A program made the translations under genes and the position numbers. The notes under the pieces were generated by a model. It saw only the letters and a list, made by a program, of their open reading frames with translations, did not search any database and was not told the DNA's origin. From contig JAITBH010000044.1 in the NCBI GenBank assembly GCA_031283745.1, forward strand, positions 1 through 42,170: a stretch of DNA of 42,170 nucleotides, in the 5' to 3' direction. The stretch comes from Candidatus Ectomicrobium neotermitis (GTDB lineage: Bacteria > Elusimicrobiota > Endomicrobiia > Endomicrobiales > Endomicrobiaceae). Within the stretch, counting starts at the first letter, position 1. Each line of letters opens with the position of its first letter. Positions 27,658-37,545 of this stretch are shown one piece after another.

Positions 27658-29853
27658 TTAGAACCCGCTGGTTTCTATTGTTAGGTCGATATTTTGATAA
27701 GACCGGTTTTTTTCTGGTGCTGAATACTGTTTTGGAACTCCTTTGCCTGCGATAAAAGCCTCACGGTAGGCGCCCGGTGTTCCTCTGAGGGCAAGAAAAC
27801 CCGTCCTTGGGTCTATCTCTGCCCATTCAATTCCTGGGGGAACTTGGAAATCTCTTACGGGGCGGTCTTGTAATAGTGTTTTCATCATTGCAGTCCATAT
27901 TGGGGCTGCGACTGTTCCGCCTGTCGAGCCGGCGCCAAGAGTAATAAGTTGATCGTCATAACCCACCCAAACCCCAGCTACATATTCGGGGGTGTAGCCG
28001 ATAAACCAAGCATCCGTCTCATCATTTGTGGTTCCTGTTTTGCCCGCTGCCGGCCTTGCCAAACCCCGAGCCGCATAACCGCTACCCCTTTCGATAACTG
28101 AACGCAGCATATTTGTCATCACAAAAGCTTCTTGGGGAGTGATGACTTGAGATTTCTGCGGTATATTTTCCTCCACGATATTTCCATTTCTGTCCTCAAT
28201 TTTAGAGATGATATAAGGCTCAGTTTTTATTCCGCCATTTGCAAAAACAGAATAAGCACTCACCATATCCAAAAGAATTACTTCGCTTGCACCCAAAGCT
28301 AAAGACAAGGAATCAATTAAAGGGGTAGAGATGCCGAGATTTTTTGCACTGACAATAACCCTTGAGGGCTTAACATTCCAAATTGTCTCGACTGCCCCGA
28401 TATTTATCGACAGAGCAAGGGCAGTTCTTAGAGTTATTTGACCTCTGAAAACGTTCCCATAATTTGCGGGTGCCCAAGTTTTGTTCGGGTCAACCAAATC
28501 AGCTTCGGGAATGGTTTCTGCAAGAGTTTCAAGATAGGTTATATCGCGTGAGACCAAGTTCCACTTGTATGTAGTTTCGTCATATGAAAACACGATGGGC
28601 TTATCGTTAAGAATGTTTGCGGGAGAATAGCCATTTTGAATTGCGGTGAGATAAACGAAAGGCTTAAAAGATGAGCCGGGCTGACGTTTTGCTTGTGTGG
28701 CACGGTTGAACTGCGTTTCCCTAAAGTCCCTTCCTCCCACCATCGCCCTAATTGAACCATCTTGCGGATCAAGCACGATTATAGCCCCTTGAACTTTCAC
28801 GGGTTCCTCTTTCCTTCTCAGGAAAGCCGACTCCCGTTTTTTGTCAAACTCAGCAAGGGCAGTTGCTAAAGCCTGCTCCGCTGCTTCTTGAGCTTTGATC
28901 TCAATGGTCGTAAAAATCTTAAAGCCCGATGTATAAACTGCGTCTGAGCCGTATTTTGATGAAAGCGAAATTCTTATGTATTCGAGAAAATACCCGCCCA
29001 TAGATGCAGCCTCTGATATGGGTGAACTCTCAGGAATAGCTTCGGCGGCTGCAGCCTTTTCTTGTTCTGCGGTTATGTAACCCTCCTCACGCATTCTCAT
29101 CAAAATCGTATTTCTCCTCGACAAAGCCAGCTTGGGATTTGTGAAAGGATTGTAATTGTTGGGAGAGCGGGCAATGCCGGCAAGCATGGCGCTTTCTGCA
29201 AGATCAATGTCTTCGACATCTTTCCCGAAATATGTTCTTGCCGCAGATTGAACGCCGTAAGCACCTTTGCCCATATATATCTGATTCATATAGAACTGCA
29301 TGATCTCGTTTTTGGAGTAGATTTTTTCAAGCTCGATGGTCAGAAGGGCTTCCTTGATTTTGCGGGTCATGGTTTTTTTGTTGGTCAAAAATATGGAACG
29401 GGAAAGCTGTTGCGTGATAGTTGAGCCGCCCTCAGCTAAACGCCCTGTGAGCAAGATCCTCGTAAACGCCCTGAAAGTCCCTCTCACAGAAACACCCCAG
29501 TGATAAAAAAAGTCATTGTCTTCGATGGCTAAGAAAGCGTTCTTTAAGTTATCTGGGACATCGCTCATCGTTATGACTGAACGTCTTTCCGTAGAGAGAA
29601 CATCGAGGAGTTTATACTCTGGATTACCTGCTTCATCGTATCCAGAAATGCCATAAATTTCGGTGGATTGATTGGGCGAAAAGGTTTCTATTTCTGCCAT
29701 TGAGGGGAGGTCTAAAGCGAAACGTCTTATGAGCAAGCCGCCAGAGACAATGACCATTGGAAGGATTATGCCGAAGAAAATAAATGGAATGGTAAAGAAT
29801 TTTTTGCGGGGCTTTGCTGACCTTATTTCTCTTGAAATATGTTTTTTATTCAT
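27658..29853 (-). CDS. Class A penicillin-binding protein (glycosyltransferase + transpeptidase)
   Basis: N-terminal TM. GT51 motifs EDNDFFYHWG and GGSTITQQL. Transpeptidase motifs SSFKP and KTGTT. Confidence 0.92.
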   Translation of the reverse strand: MNKKHISREIRSAKPRKKFFTIPFIFFGIILPMVIVSGGLLIRRFALDLPSMAEIETFSPNQSTEIYGISGYDEAGNPEYKLLDVLSTERRSVITMSDVPDNLKNAFLAIEDNDFFYHWGVSVRGTFRAFTRILLTGRLAEGGSTITQQLSRSIFLTNKKTMTRKIKEALLTIELEKIYSKNEIMQFYMNQIYMGKGAYGVQSAARTYFGKDVEDIDLAESAMLAGIARSPNNYNPFTNPKLALSRRNTILMRMREEGYITAEQEKAAAAEAIPESSPISEAASMGGYFLEYIRISLSSKYGSDAVYTSGFKIFTTIEIKAQEAAEQALATALAEFDKKRESAFLRRKEEPVKVQGAIIVLDPQDGSIRAMVGGRDFRETQFNRATQAKRQPGSSFKPFVYLTAIQNGYSPANILNDKPIVFSYDETTYKWNLVSRDITYLETLAETIPEADLVDPNKTWAPANYGNVFRGQITLRTALALSINIGAVETIWNVKPSRVIVSAKNLGISTPLIDSLSLALGASEVILLDMVSAYSVFANGGIKTEPYIISKIEDRNGNIVEENIPQKSQVITPQEAFVMTNMLRSVIERGSGYAARGLARPAAGKTGTTNDETDAWFIGYTPEYVAGVWVGYDDQLITLGAGSTGGTVAAPIWTAMMKTLLQDRPVRDFQVPPGIEWAEIDPRTGFLALRGTPGAYREAFIAGKGVPKQYSAPEKNRSYQNIDLTIETSGF

Positions 29854-29890
29854 TGTTTTTTCCTTGTTGTTTTATGAGGTTATGTGTCGA

Positions 29891-29918
29891 ATTATAGTCT
29901 ATGGACTGTTTGTTGTAA
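29891..29918 (-). promoter_or_regulatory. Possible promoter TTACAA-16-TATAAT upstream of the PBP gene
   Basis: On the minus strand: TATAAT at 29896-29891 and TTACAA at 29918-29913. Confidence 0.3.
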
Positions 29919-29956
29919 AGGTAAATTTTATCTCCAAAATGATGATTTTTTAGTCT

Positions 29957-31027
29957 TTAATTTTTGAGGCTGGCGATGTATTTAACGATCTTATCCTGAG
30001 CAAAAATTCCGTCATCAAGGGGCTTTGAGGGTCTGCGGGCAGAGGATTTTAGTTTCTCTAAAACACTCAAAAGCTTATCTGCTGTCAAATCTCTTTCTTC
30101 GATAACTTCGGCAAAACCCTCTTCCTTAATTTCTTGAGCATTTAGAAATTGATGATTGCCTGCAGCATAAGGAAAAGGAATAAAAATTGCGGGCTTATTT
30201 AATGTTTTTATCTCAAAAATTGTCCCCGCCCCGGCCCTGCAAACAATGATGTCTGCTGCGGCATATGCCTCATAAATGTTGTGCAGATAATTTTTGACGA
30301 CATAAAAATCTTTGCCCGAACTTTTGGCGGCAATATCTTGATAGCCGTCTTTGCCTGTAATGTGTATGGCTTGAACTTTTTGACGGGCTGCAAACTGCAC
30401 TACTACCTCAAAAGCGATGTCATTTATTTTTGCTGCTCCAAGGCTTCCGCCGAAAATTAAAACCGTGAGGACATCTTCTTTTAGACCTAAGTTTTGGCAG
30501 GCTGATTTTTTGTCGACGGAAAATATATTTTTCCTCAAAGGAAAGCCGACGAAAAGACATTCCTTCTTAAAAAAGTTCTGGCTCCTTGCAAAGCTGATAA
30601 AGGTTTTGTCGACGATATGGTTTAACAAAACATTGGCTTTACCCGGAACAATGTTTTGCTCGTGAATAAAAGTTTTCTTTGAAAAAACCTTAGCAGCCAA
30701 AATCGCAGGGACTTCGATATAGCCCCCAGTTCCAAAGACAAAAGCGGGCTTTAGCTTGTGAATGTAAAAACAGGATTTCAAAAAAGCCAAAAAGAAATTA
30801 AAGACAAAAACAATGAACTTAAAAGAAAGTTTGCGGGGCATTCCTCTCATCGAAAAAGGGATAAATTCAAAGCCGCTGTTTTGAACAATCTTTATGGCAA
30901 CCTCATTTTTGCTTGTCCACAAAATTGGGTGATAGCCTTTTTCTTTAAGCACCTCAGCTATTGTTATGCCCGGATAAATATGCCCGCCGGTTCCGCTGAT
31001 AGCAATGATCACAATCGCACCTTTCAT
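29957..31027 (-). CDS. murG: UDP-GlcNAc:lipid I N-acetylglucosaminyltransferase
   Basis: ISGTGGHIYPG N-terminus, position in the dcw cluster, and ATGA overlap with ftsW. Confidence 0.93.
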   Translation of the reverse strand: MKGAIVIIAISGTGGHIYPGITIAEVLKEKGYHPILWTSKNEVAIKIVQNSGFEFIPFSMRGMPRKLSFKFIVFVFNFFLAFLKSCFYIHKLKPAFVFGTGGYIEVPAILAAKVFSKKTFIHEQNIVPGKANVLLNHIVDKTFISFARSQNFFKKECLFVGFPLRKNIFSVDKKSACQNLGLKEDVLTVLIFGGSLGAAKINDIAFEVVVQFAARQKVQAIHITGKDGYQDIAAKSSGKDFYVVKNYLHNIYEAYAAADIIVCRAGAGTIFEIKTLNKPAIFIPFPYAAGNHQFLNAQEIKEEGFAEVIEERDLTADKLLSVLEKLKSSARRPSKPLDDGIFAQDKIVKYIASLKN

Positions 31028-32166
31028 CGATTAACCCCTTTTGCTTTTGCATATTGCGAAAGGTTTACCAAAATTCCTGCAGCAGCCATATTCATCAATA
31101 AAGATGTTCCGCCCGCCGAGATAAATGGAAGCGCTAGCCCTTTTGTCGGCAAGATTCCTAAAGAGACACCGATGTTCATCATTGCACCTAAGGTCATGAC
31201 GAGGGTGATGCCGAGAGCTAAATACTTGGCAAAAACATCGGGAGAGTTTTGGCTTATCTTTATGCCTTTAGCAAAGATGAAAGCAAAAGCCCCAATGACA
31301 AAAATCGCCCCGATGAAGCCAAATTCCTCACCGATTATCGGGTAGATAAAATCTGAGTGAGCCTCGGGCAGATACATAAGTTTCATATCGCTGTTTCCCA
31401 GCCCTTTGCCAAAAAACGGGCCGCCTGAACCTAAAGCGTAGAGAGACAATTTCAGTTGATAAACCATTCTGTCTGAACTCACGAGAACGGAATCGAGATC
31501 AAAAATACCTTTGAAGTAGCTGACAATTCTGCCGACCCTGTAGTTTTTGCGAAAAATTTCTAAAGCGACGACCACAAAAATTAGAGAAAAAATTGTGATG
31601 AGTTCTGCTTTGCTGATTTTGATGTTGGTGCAAAAAAGCATCAGCCCGCAGATAAGAATTATCAAGACATTGCTTCCAAAGTCTGGCTCTAAAGCAATTG
31701 CTACAACGATGGGGGTTATGTAAACCCCGACTGCAATTATGGACTTTAACATCGACAGCTGGTTTTCTTTTCTGGCAATGAAATCTGCCATCAAAAACAC
31801 CATCGCTAACTTCGCAAATTCCGATGGCTGAACAGCAAATGCCCCCAGATCAAACCAACGTTTTACTCCGCTCCATACTGGACCAACCAGCAAGACAATC
31901 AAGAGAGCCGCAAGAATTGCACAGTAAAAAACTTTCGAGTATCGCTGATAGAAAGAATAAGGAATCTTAAAGGCTGTGAAATACATCGCCCCCGTGCCTG
32001 CGATAGTCCAGATAATCTGTTTTGAGAAAAACCAAAAATTGTTGTCACGTTTTATGCCCGCCATTATGTAGCTTGACGACAAAACCATCAAAAGGCCAAA
32101 CAAAACCAAAGCCGCAAATATCACCATCAAAGGTATGTCGTATTTTTTGAAGTCAGTCTTTGCCAT
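31024..32166 (-). CDS. ftsW: SEDS-family cell-division protein FtsW
   Basis: 380 aa polytopic protein with SEDS signatures (SEFAKL, EAHSDFI, GLALPFISAGGTS). Position between murD and murG. Confidence 0.9.
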   Translation of the reverse strand: MAKTDFKKYDIPLMVIFAALVLFGLLMVLSSSYIMAGIKRDNNFWFFSKQIIWTIAGTGAMYFTAFKIPYSFYQRYSKVFYCAILAALLIVLLVGPVWSGVKRWFDLGAFAVQPSEFAKLAMVFLMADFIARKENQLSMLKSIIAVGVYITPIVVAIALEPDFGSNVLIILICGLMLFCTNIKISKAELITIFSLIFVVVALEIFRKNYRVGRIVSYFKGIFDLDSVLVSSDRMVYQLKLSLYALGSGGPFFGKGLGNSDMKLMYLPEAHSDFIYPIIGEEFGFIGAIFVIGAFAFIFAKGIKISQNSPDVFAKYLALGITLVMTLGAMMNIGVSLGILPTKGLALPFISAGGTSLLMNMAAAGILVNLSQYAKAKGVNR

Positions 32167-32168
32167 AT

Positions 32169-33533
32169 CTACAAGCTCTCCACAGTATTTCTAAACATAT
32201 CGCCTCTTTCCTCAAAATTCTTGAACTGATCCCACGAAGCACAGGCAGGAGATAACAAAACAATGTCCCCTTTGCGTGCTAAAGTGAAAGCTTTCTTTGC
32301 AGCATTATCGACGGTGCCGCAGTCATAAAACTTCGCCGCTCCGGCAAGGTCTCTTTTTATCAGCGGTGCAGCTTCTCCGACAAGCAAAATTCCTTTGACT
32401 TTTGCCTTGATTAAATTTGCAAGAGATGTATACGGAATTTTTTTGTCCTGCCCGCCCATTATCAACCAAATGTTTCCGTCAAAAGCGTTTAAGGCAACCC
32501 TTGTGGAATCTATATTTGTGGCTTTTGAATCATTGTAATAAGCGGCACCGTTTAAGCTCTTTATAAATTCAATTCTGTGCCTGACGCCTTTATAAGCAGA
32601 GATTGTTTTGACGATGTTTTTTGCAGCAACTCCGAGACAAAATGCCGCCGCTGATGCCGCAAGGATATTTTCAATGTTGTGCCAGCCCGCTATTTTTATT
32701 TTCGGCTTGATGGACAATGTTTTTGAGGGCGTTTGGAAAACTATCTGCCCGCCATTAGCTTCGTCATAAAACACGATTGCGTTTTTTGTCCCCTTCTTTA
32801 ATAGGAGTGCTGAGGGCTTTGGGGCGAAAGGTTTTTTTGAAAAGAAAATTTTAGAGGCTTTGGCTGTCTTTGAGATTTTCATTATTTCTTTGTCATCGAA
32901 ATTTAAGACAGCAAAGTCTGCAGATGTTTGGTTAGCAAAAACAATTTTCTTTGCTTTCACATAATTATTCATAGAGCCGTGATGATCGATGTGATCTTTT
33001 GAGATGTTTAGGGCAACTGAGATGAAAGGTTTGAGATTTGGAGTGTCCTCAAGCTGATAACTTGAGGTTTCTAAAACGATGATTGTTTTTGGTGAGGTTT
33101 TGAGGGATTTATCTGAGAGAGGAAAGCCGATATTGCCGCAAACGATAGTGTCTTTATGGAAGGATTTGATGATCTTAAAAAGTAAGTCTGTCGTCGTGGT
33201 TTTACCGTTTGTGCCTGTTAGGGCAACTAACTTTGAATACTCAGAGTGGTCAAGGGCAAAACGCAATTCGCTGACAACTTTTATTTTTTTTGCGAGGGCT
33301 TTTTTGATTATCGGAACGGTGCGGTGTATGCCGGGACTCTTTACGATCACTTGGACATCTAAAACTTTGTCGCTATGGGTGCCAAATTCTGTTTCTACTT
33401 TCTTGTTGAGATTTTTGATTGCCCGCTCTTTTTCCGAGTCGCTTGCAAAAACTTTATAGCCGAGTTTTACCCCAAGGTTTGCCGCAGCAACTCCACTTTT
33501 ACCAAGCCCTAAAACTGTCAATTTTTTTTCCAC
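32169..33533 (-). CDS. murD: UDP-N-acetylmuramoylalanine--D-glutamate ligase
   Basis: VLGLGKSG, TGTNGKTTT, cluster position. Confidence 0.93.
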   Translation of the reverse strand: MEKKLTVLGLGKSGVAAANLGVKLGYKVFASDSEKERAIKNLNKKVETEFGTHSDKVLDVQVIVKSPGIHRTVPIIKKALAKKIKVVSELRFALDHSEYSKLVALTGTNGKTTTTDLLFKIIKSFHKDTIVCGNIGFPLSDKSLKTSPKTIIVLETSSYQLEDTPNLKPFISVALNISKDHIDHHGSMNNYVKAKKIVFANQTSADFAVLNFDDKEIMKISKTAKASKIFFSKKPFAPKPSALLLKKGTKNAIVFYDEANGGQIVFQTPSKTLSIKPKIKIAGWHNIENILAASAAAFCLGVAAKNIVKTISAYKGVRHRIEFIKSLNGAAYYNDSKATNIDSTRVALNAFDGNIWLIMGGQDKKIPYTSLANLIKAKVKGILLVGEAAPLIKRDLAGAAKFYDCGTVDNAAKKAFTLARKGDIVLLSPACASWDQFKNFEERGDMFRNTVESL

Positions 33534-33535
33534 TG

Positions 33536-34624
33536 TTACCTCAGTTTAAGCGACACAAAAGAGAGGATTGCCAAAATTATCCCGACAATCCAAAACCTTA
33601 TTGTGACCTTTGTCTCTGAAAGCCCGCCGAGTTCATAATGATGGTGAAGCGGAGCCATTCTAAAAACTCTTTTTTTGGTTCTCTTAAAGAAAACAATTTG
33701 TATGAGAACAGAAATTGCCTCTACAACAAAAATCCCGCCTAAAAGTATCAAGATCAATTCTTGCTTTATAAAAACTGCCGACATACCAAGCACCCCGCCT
33801 AAAAACAAACTGCCCGTATCCCCCATAAAAATCTCCGCAGGGTGAGAATTAAACCAAAGGAAGCCAAGCCCTGCCCCAACGATTGCAAAAAGGAAAACGC
33901 AAATTTCTGCAGCTCCTGAAACGGGAACTATTTTTAAGTAATTAGCGACCTCAATATGCCCTGCAAAATATGCAAACAAAGCCAAAGAAAAACTTACGAT
34001 GACAATGCAGACAATGGCAAGACCATCAAGCCCGTCTGTGAGATTTACGGCATTAGAACTCCCGACGATCTCCACCATCACAAAGACAATGTAGAGATAG
34101 GAAAGGTTGACAAAAACTTCTTTTAAGAAAGGGATGTTTACTAAAGCACCGTAGGCAGCATTTGGAGGAAAGAAAAAAACAAACAGTGCAACGCATAGGG
34201 CAAAAAATGTCTGCCATAAAAGTTTCCCGCGGATAGAGATACCCTTTGAATTGTTTTTGATGAGCTTGAGATAGTCGTCGTAAAACCCTAAAAACCCAAG
34301 ATAAAGCACTGCAAACAAAAGGAGAAGAATGAAGCGATTGTCGAGCCTTGCCCAGAGCAAAACCGAAATGAGCATAGAGGCAAGAATAAGCAAGCCGCCC
34401 ATTGTGGGCGTGCCGTTTTTTGACTTGTGGGAAGCCGGTCCGTCTGATCTGATAGTTTGATGAATTTTTAAGGCCTTCATTTTCCTTATGAAAAATGGGC
34501 CGAGAGTTATTGAAATAACCAAGCTCGTAAGCACCGCACCGCAAGCACGAAAAGTTATGTATTGAAAAACATTAAATGGAGTAAAAAACTCTCTTAGTAG
34601 GTCATAAAACAAATAATAAAACAC
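33536..34624 (-). CDS. mraY: Phospho-N-acetylmuramoyl-pentapeptide transferase
   Basis: GTPTMGG, NAVNLTDGLDGLA, MGDTGSL, APLHHHYE. Confidence 0.95.
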   Translation of the reverse strand: MFYYLFYDLLREFFTPFNVFQYITFRACGAVLTSLVISITLGPFFIRKMKALKIHQTIRSDGPASHKSKNGTPTMGGLLILASMLISVLLWARLDNRFILLLLFAVLYLGFLGFYDDYLKLIKNNSKGISIRGKLLWQTFFALCVALFVFFFPPNAAYGALVNIPFLKEVFVNLSYLYIVFVMVEIVGSSNAVNLTDGLDGLAIVCIVIVSFSLALFAYFAGHIEVANYLKIVPVSGAAEICVFLFAIVGAGLGFLWFNSHPAEIFMGDTGSLFLGGVLGMSAVFIKQELILILLGGIFVVEAISVLIQIVFFKRTKKRVFRMAPLHHHYELGGLSETKVTIRFWIVGIILAILSFVSLKLR

Positions 34625-34634
34625 TTTTCCCCCT

Positions 34635-36017
34635 CTATTTTTTTAACGATTTATATATTTCCTCTAACTTCATTCCTCTTGACCCCTTAAACAAAACGAC
34701 TGATTTCTCGTTGAAGGATTCTTTTTTTATTTCATCGATTAGATCTTTTGGATTTTCAGCATAAAAAGCCTTGTCGCCTAAAACCTCTTTTGCATTCTTC
34801 ATTTTTTTGCCGACCAAATAGACTGATTTGACATTCTGTTTGTCGACGAACTGCCCCAGCTCTTTGTGGTATTTGTCCGCCTCCTCGCCAAGCTCAAGCA
34901 TATCTCCTAAAACAAGTGTTATCTCTTTGTCAGCATAAGCGGTATAGACTGTTTGAATGGATTCTTTCATAGATGAGGGGTTGGCATTGTAGGCATCATT
35001 GACGAAAACACTTTTGTCTGAATTAGTTTCCGCCTGCATTCGCATATCAGGCGGGCAAAAATTTTCAAGACCCCGCTTTATCTCCAAAAAAGAAAAATCA
35101 AACGACCAAGCAGCAGCAGAAGCCGCAAGAGCGTTTGATATGTTCATTCTCCCTTTTGCAGGAAGTTTGACGGAAAATTTATTGTTGTGGATAAAAACTT
35201 CAAAACTCATTTTCCCATTTTCAAAAAGGATATTGTCGGCAAAAACATCAGCCAAATTGTTGGTCAAGGAAAAAGTGATTATTTTCTTGTTGCTATATTT
35301 CGTGAGGTCTCTTAGATATGGGTCGTCAAGGTTTACGATGATGGTGCAATCGTCTGAAACATTGTTAAAAAGCTCCACCTTTTCCTCATATACGCCGCGA
35401 AGCGTCTTGAAAGTTTCAAGGTGGGAATAACCGATATTTGTAATCACGGCAGCCTGAGGGTTTACGATTTTAGTAAGCGTTTTTATCTCTCCAAAGACAG
35501 ATGTTCCGATCTCAAAAACGCCGTATCTGTCTGAGGAGTCTAAATCTAAAAGTGAAAGAGGAAGCCCAATTCTGTTGTTTAAGTTGCCTTTGTTGCAGGC
35601 AGTTTTGGCTCTACATTTTAAGATGGAATAAATCATTTCTTTGGTGGTCGTTTTCCCGTTTGAACCTGTTAGAGCTATGAGTTGAATGTTTTGAAATTTG
35701 TTTCGGTAGGTTTTTGATAGGCCGCCGAGGGCGGTCAATGTGTCGCTAACTTTGACAAATGAAAACCCCTGCTTAAAGGTTGAGAGGTCTATGGTGTCGC
35801 TAAAAACTATTCCTGCTGCTCCATTGTTGACGGCATCTTTGATGAAATTATGACCGTCAAATTTGCTGCCTTTGAGAGCAAAAAACATCTGACCTTTTTT
35901 TATGGAACGCGAATCGACGGAAATAGATTTAACCAAAGTGTCCATTTTGCCCGACAAAATTTTTCCATTTACTGCCGCTGATAAACATTTAAGAGTTATT
36001 GCTTCCATCGAAATCAA
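34635..36017 (-). CDS. murF: UDP-MurNAc-tripeptide--D-Ala-D-Ala ligase
   Basis: TGSNGKTTTKEM, cluster position. The start may be the internal ATG at 36008. Confidence 0.9.
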   Translation of the reverse strand: MISMEAITLKCLSAAVNGKILSGKMDTLVKSISVDSRSIKKGQMFFALKGSKFDGHNFIKDAVNNGAAGIVFSDTIDLSTFKQGFSFVKVSDTLTALGGLSKTYRNKFQNIQLIALTGSNGKTTTKEMIYSILKCRAKTACNKGNLNNRIGLPLSLLDLDSSDRYGVFEIGTSVFGEIKTLTKIVNPQAAVITNIGYSHLETFKTLRGVYEEKVELFNNVSDDCTIIVNLDDPYLRDLTKYSNKKIITFSLTNNLADVFADNILFENGKMSFEVFIHNNKFSVKLPAKGRMNISNALAASAAAWSFDFSFLEIKRGLENFCPPDMRMQAETNSDKSVFVNDAYNANPSSMKESIQTVYTAYADKEITLVLGDMLELGEEADKYHKELGQFVDKQNVKSVYLVGKKMKNAKEVLGDKAFYAENPKDLIDEIKKESFNEKSVVLFKGSRGMKLEEIYKSLKK

Positions 36018-37542
36018 ATTCTCCTTGTGATGCCTTCTTGTTGGCTTTCTTGCTCTTTTGCTTTAGCGACAAAAGCTTTGAGGCAATCTCTCTGTCGTCA
36101 AAATGAATCTTTTCTGTGCCAATAATCTGATAGTCCTCATGACCTTTGCCTGCCAACAAAATAATGTCGCCCCGCACAGCCATCGCTATTGCCTCTTTAA
36201 TAGCAGTCTCCCTGTCAACAACAACCTTATAATTGGAAAGTCCGCTTCTCTTAAAACCGACCTCAATATCCAAAATAATTTTTTGCGGGCTTTCTGTTCG
36301 GGGATTATCTGAGGTAACAAAAACGAAGTCGCTCATCTTTGCAGAAACCTCTCCCATCTTTGCCCTCTTCAACCTATCCCTATCTCCGCCGCAGCCAAAG
36401 ACCGTGATGATCCTTGCGGGCTTTATTTGCCTGATGGCGCTCAAAACATTTTTTAAGGCATCGTCTGTATGTGCATAATCCACAATAACATCAAAGTTCA
36501 AACCCTGACTGTCCACTTTCTCAAGCCTCCCCGGTGCAAGCCGCGAAGCCCTTAAACCATTGACTGCCGCTTCAAAATCTATGCCGCATGAAATCGCTGC
36601 CGCCAAAGAAGCCAAAACATTATAAATGTTGTGCTGGCCGATATGCTTAATCTCAACCTTGTCTAATCTCCCATTTGGAGAAACCAAAGAAAAAGAACTG
36701 CCCGTATTTGAAATGGAAATATTTTCTGCCCTAAATGCTGCATTGGCATTGTCTTTTGTCGAATACAAAACCGTGCAAACATCTGGAGGAATAAGCCCTA
36801 CAAGCTGCACACCATATTCGTCATCGATATTGATGACTGCACTTTTTGTCCCGCTCTTTTTACCGTTTGCTAACCCCTTAAATAGAAGTGCCTTTGCACC
36901 AAAATACTCCTCAATGTTTTTATGGAAATCTAAATGGTCTTGAGTCAAATTCGTCCAGACAGAAACATCAAACTCAATGCCGGCAGTTCGTCCCAAAGCC
37001 AAAGCGTGAGATGAGACCTCTATCACAAGACATTTAATTCCGCTGTCTGCCATATCCCTCATCAACCTAAATAAGTCCGCAGATTGAGGAGTGGTATTTG
37101 GAGAGGGCATCACCTTATCTCCGTAGCGATAATTTATGGTTCCTATCACCCCGCAGGGTATACCGACATAAGACAAAATACTTTCAATCATATAGCTGAT
37201 AGTTGTCTTGCCATTGGTGCCTGTTACGCCGATGATTTTTAACTCCTGATCGGGGTTCCTGTAGAACTTCCTGCAAAAGACCGACATAAAAGCAAAGACA
37301 TCCTCAACAACAATCTGTGAAACAGCCAAGTTCTCTTTCTTTGAATCCGAAATAATTAAAGTTGCACCTTTAGAGACCGCATCGCTGATGAAGTTCTTAC
37401 CATTAGTAAAGTGTCCGTCAAGAGCAAAAAAAGCCCAACCTTTTTTTACCGTTCTTGAGTCATAAGAGATACCTTTTATCTCAATGTCCTCATTGCCAAA
37501 AAATAAAACACTGTCAAAAGGAAACATTTCTTTTAATTTCAT
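35989..37542 (-). CDS. murE: UDP-MurNAc-L-Ala-D-Glu--2,6-diaminopimelate ligase
   Basis: GVTGTNGKTT. The SDNPR motif is typical of meso-DAP-adding MurE. Confidence 0.93.
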   Translation of the reverse strand: MKLKEMFPFDSVLFFGNEDIEIKGISYDSRTVKKGWAFFALDGHFTNGKNFISDAVSKGATLIISDSKKENLAVSQIVVEDVFAFMSVFCRKFYRNPDQELKIIGVTGTNGKTTISYMIESILSYVGIPCGVIGTINYRYGDKVMPSPNTTPQSADLFRLMRDMADSGIKCLVIEVSSHALALGRTAGIEFDVSVWTNLTQDHLDFHKNIEEYFGAKALLFKGLANGKKSGTKSAVINIDDEYGVQLVGLIPPDVCTVLYSTKDNANAAFRAENISISNTGSSFSLVSPNGRLDKVEIKHIGQHNIYNVLASLAAAISCGIDFEAAVNGLRASRLAPGRLEKVDSQGLNFDVIVDYAHTDDALKNVLSAIRQIKPARIITVFGCGGDRDRLKRAKMGEVSAKMSDFVFVTSDNPRTESPQKIILDIEVGFKRSGLSNYKVVVDRETAIKEAIAMAVRGDIILLAGKGHEDYQIIGTEKIHFDDREIASKLLSLKQKSKKANKKASQGEFDFDGSNNS

Positions 37543-37545
37543 TTT

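Noticed and set aside
35186-35194. A perfect DnaA box (TGTGGATAA) inside murF.
   Set aside because: It is an isolated site within coding sequence with no neighbouring boxes, consistent with chance occurrence. It is recorded because it lowers the significance of the edge cluster.
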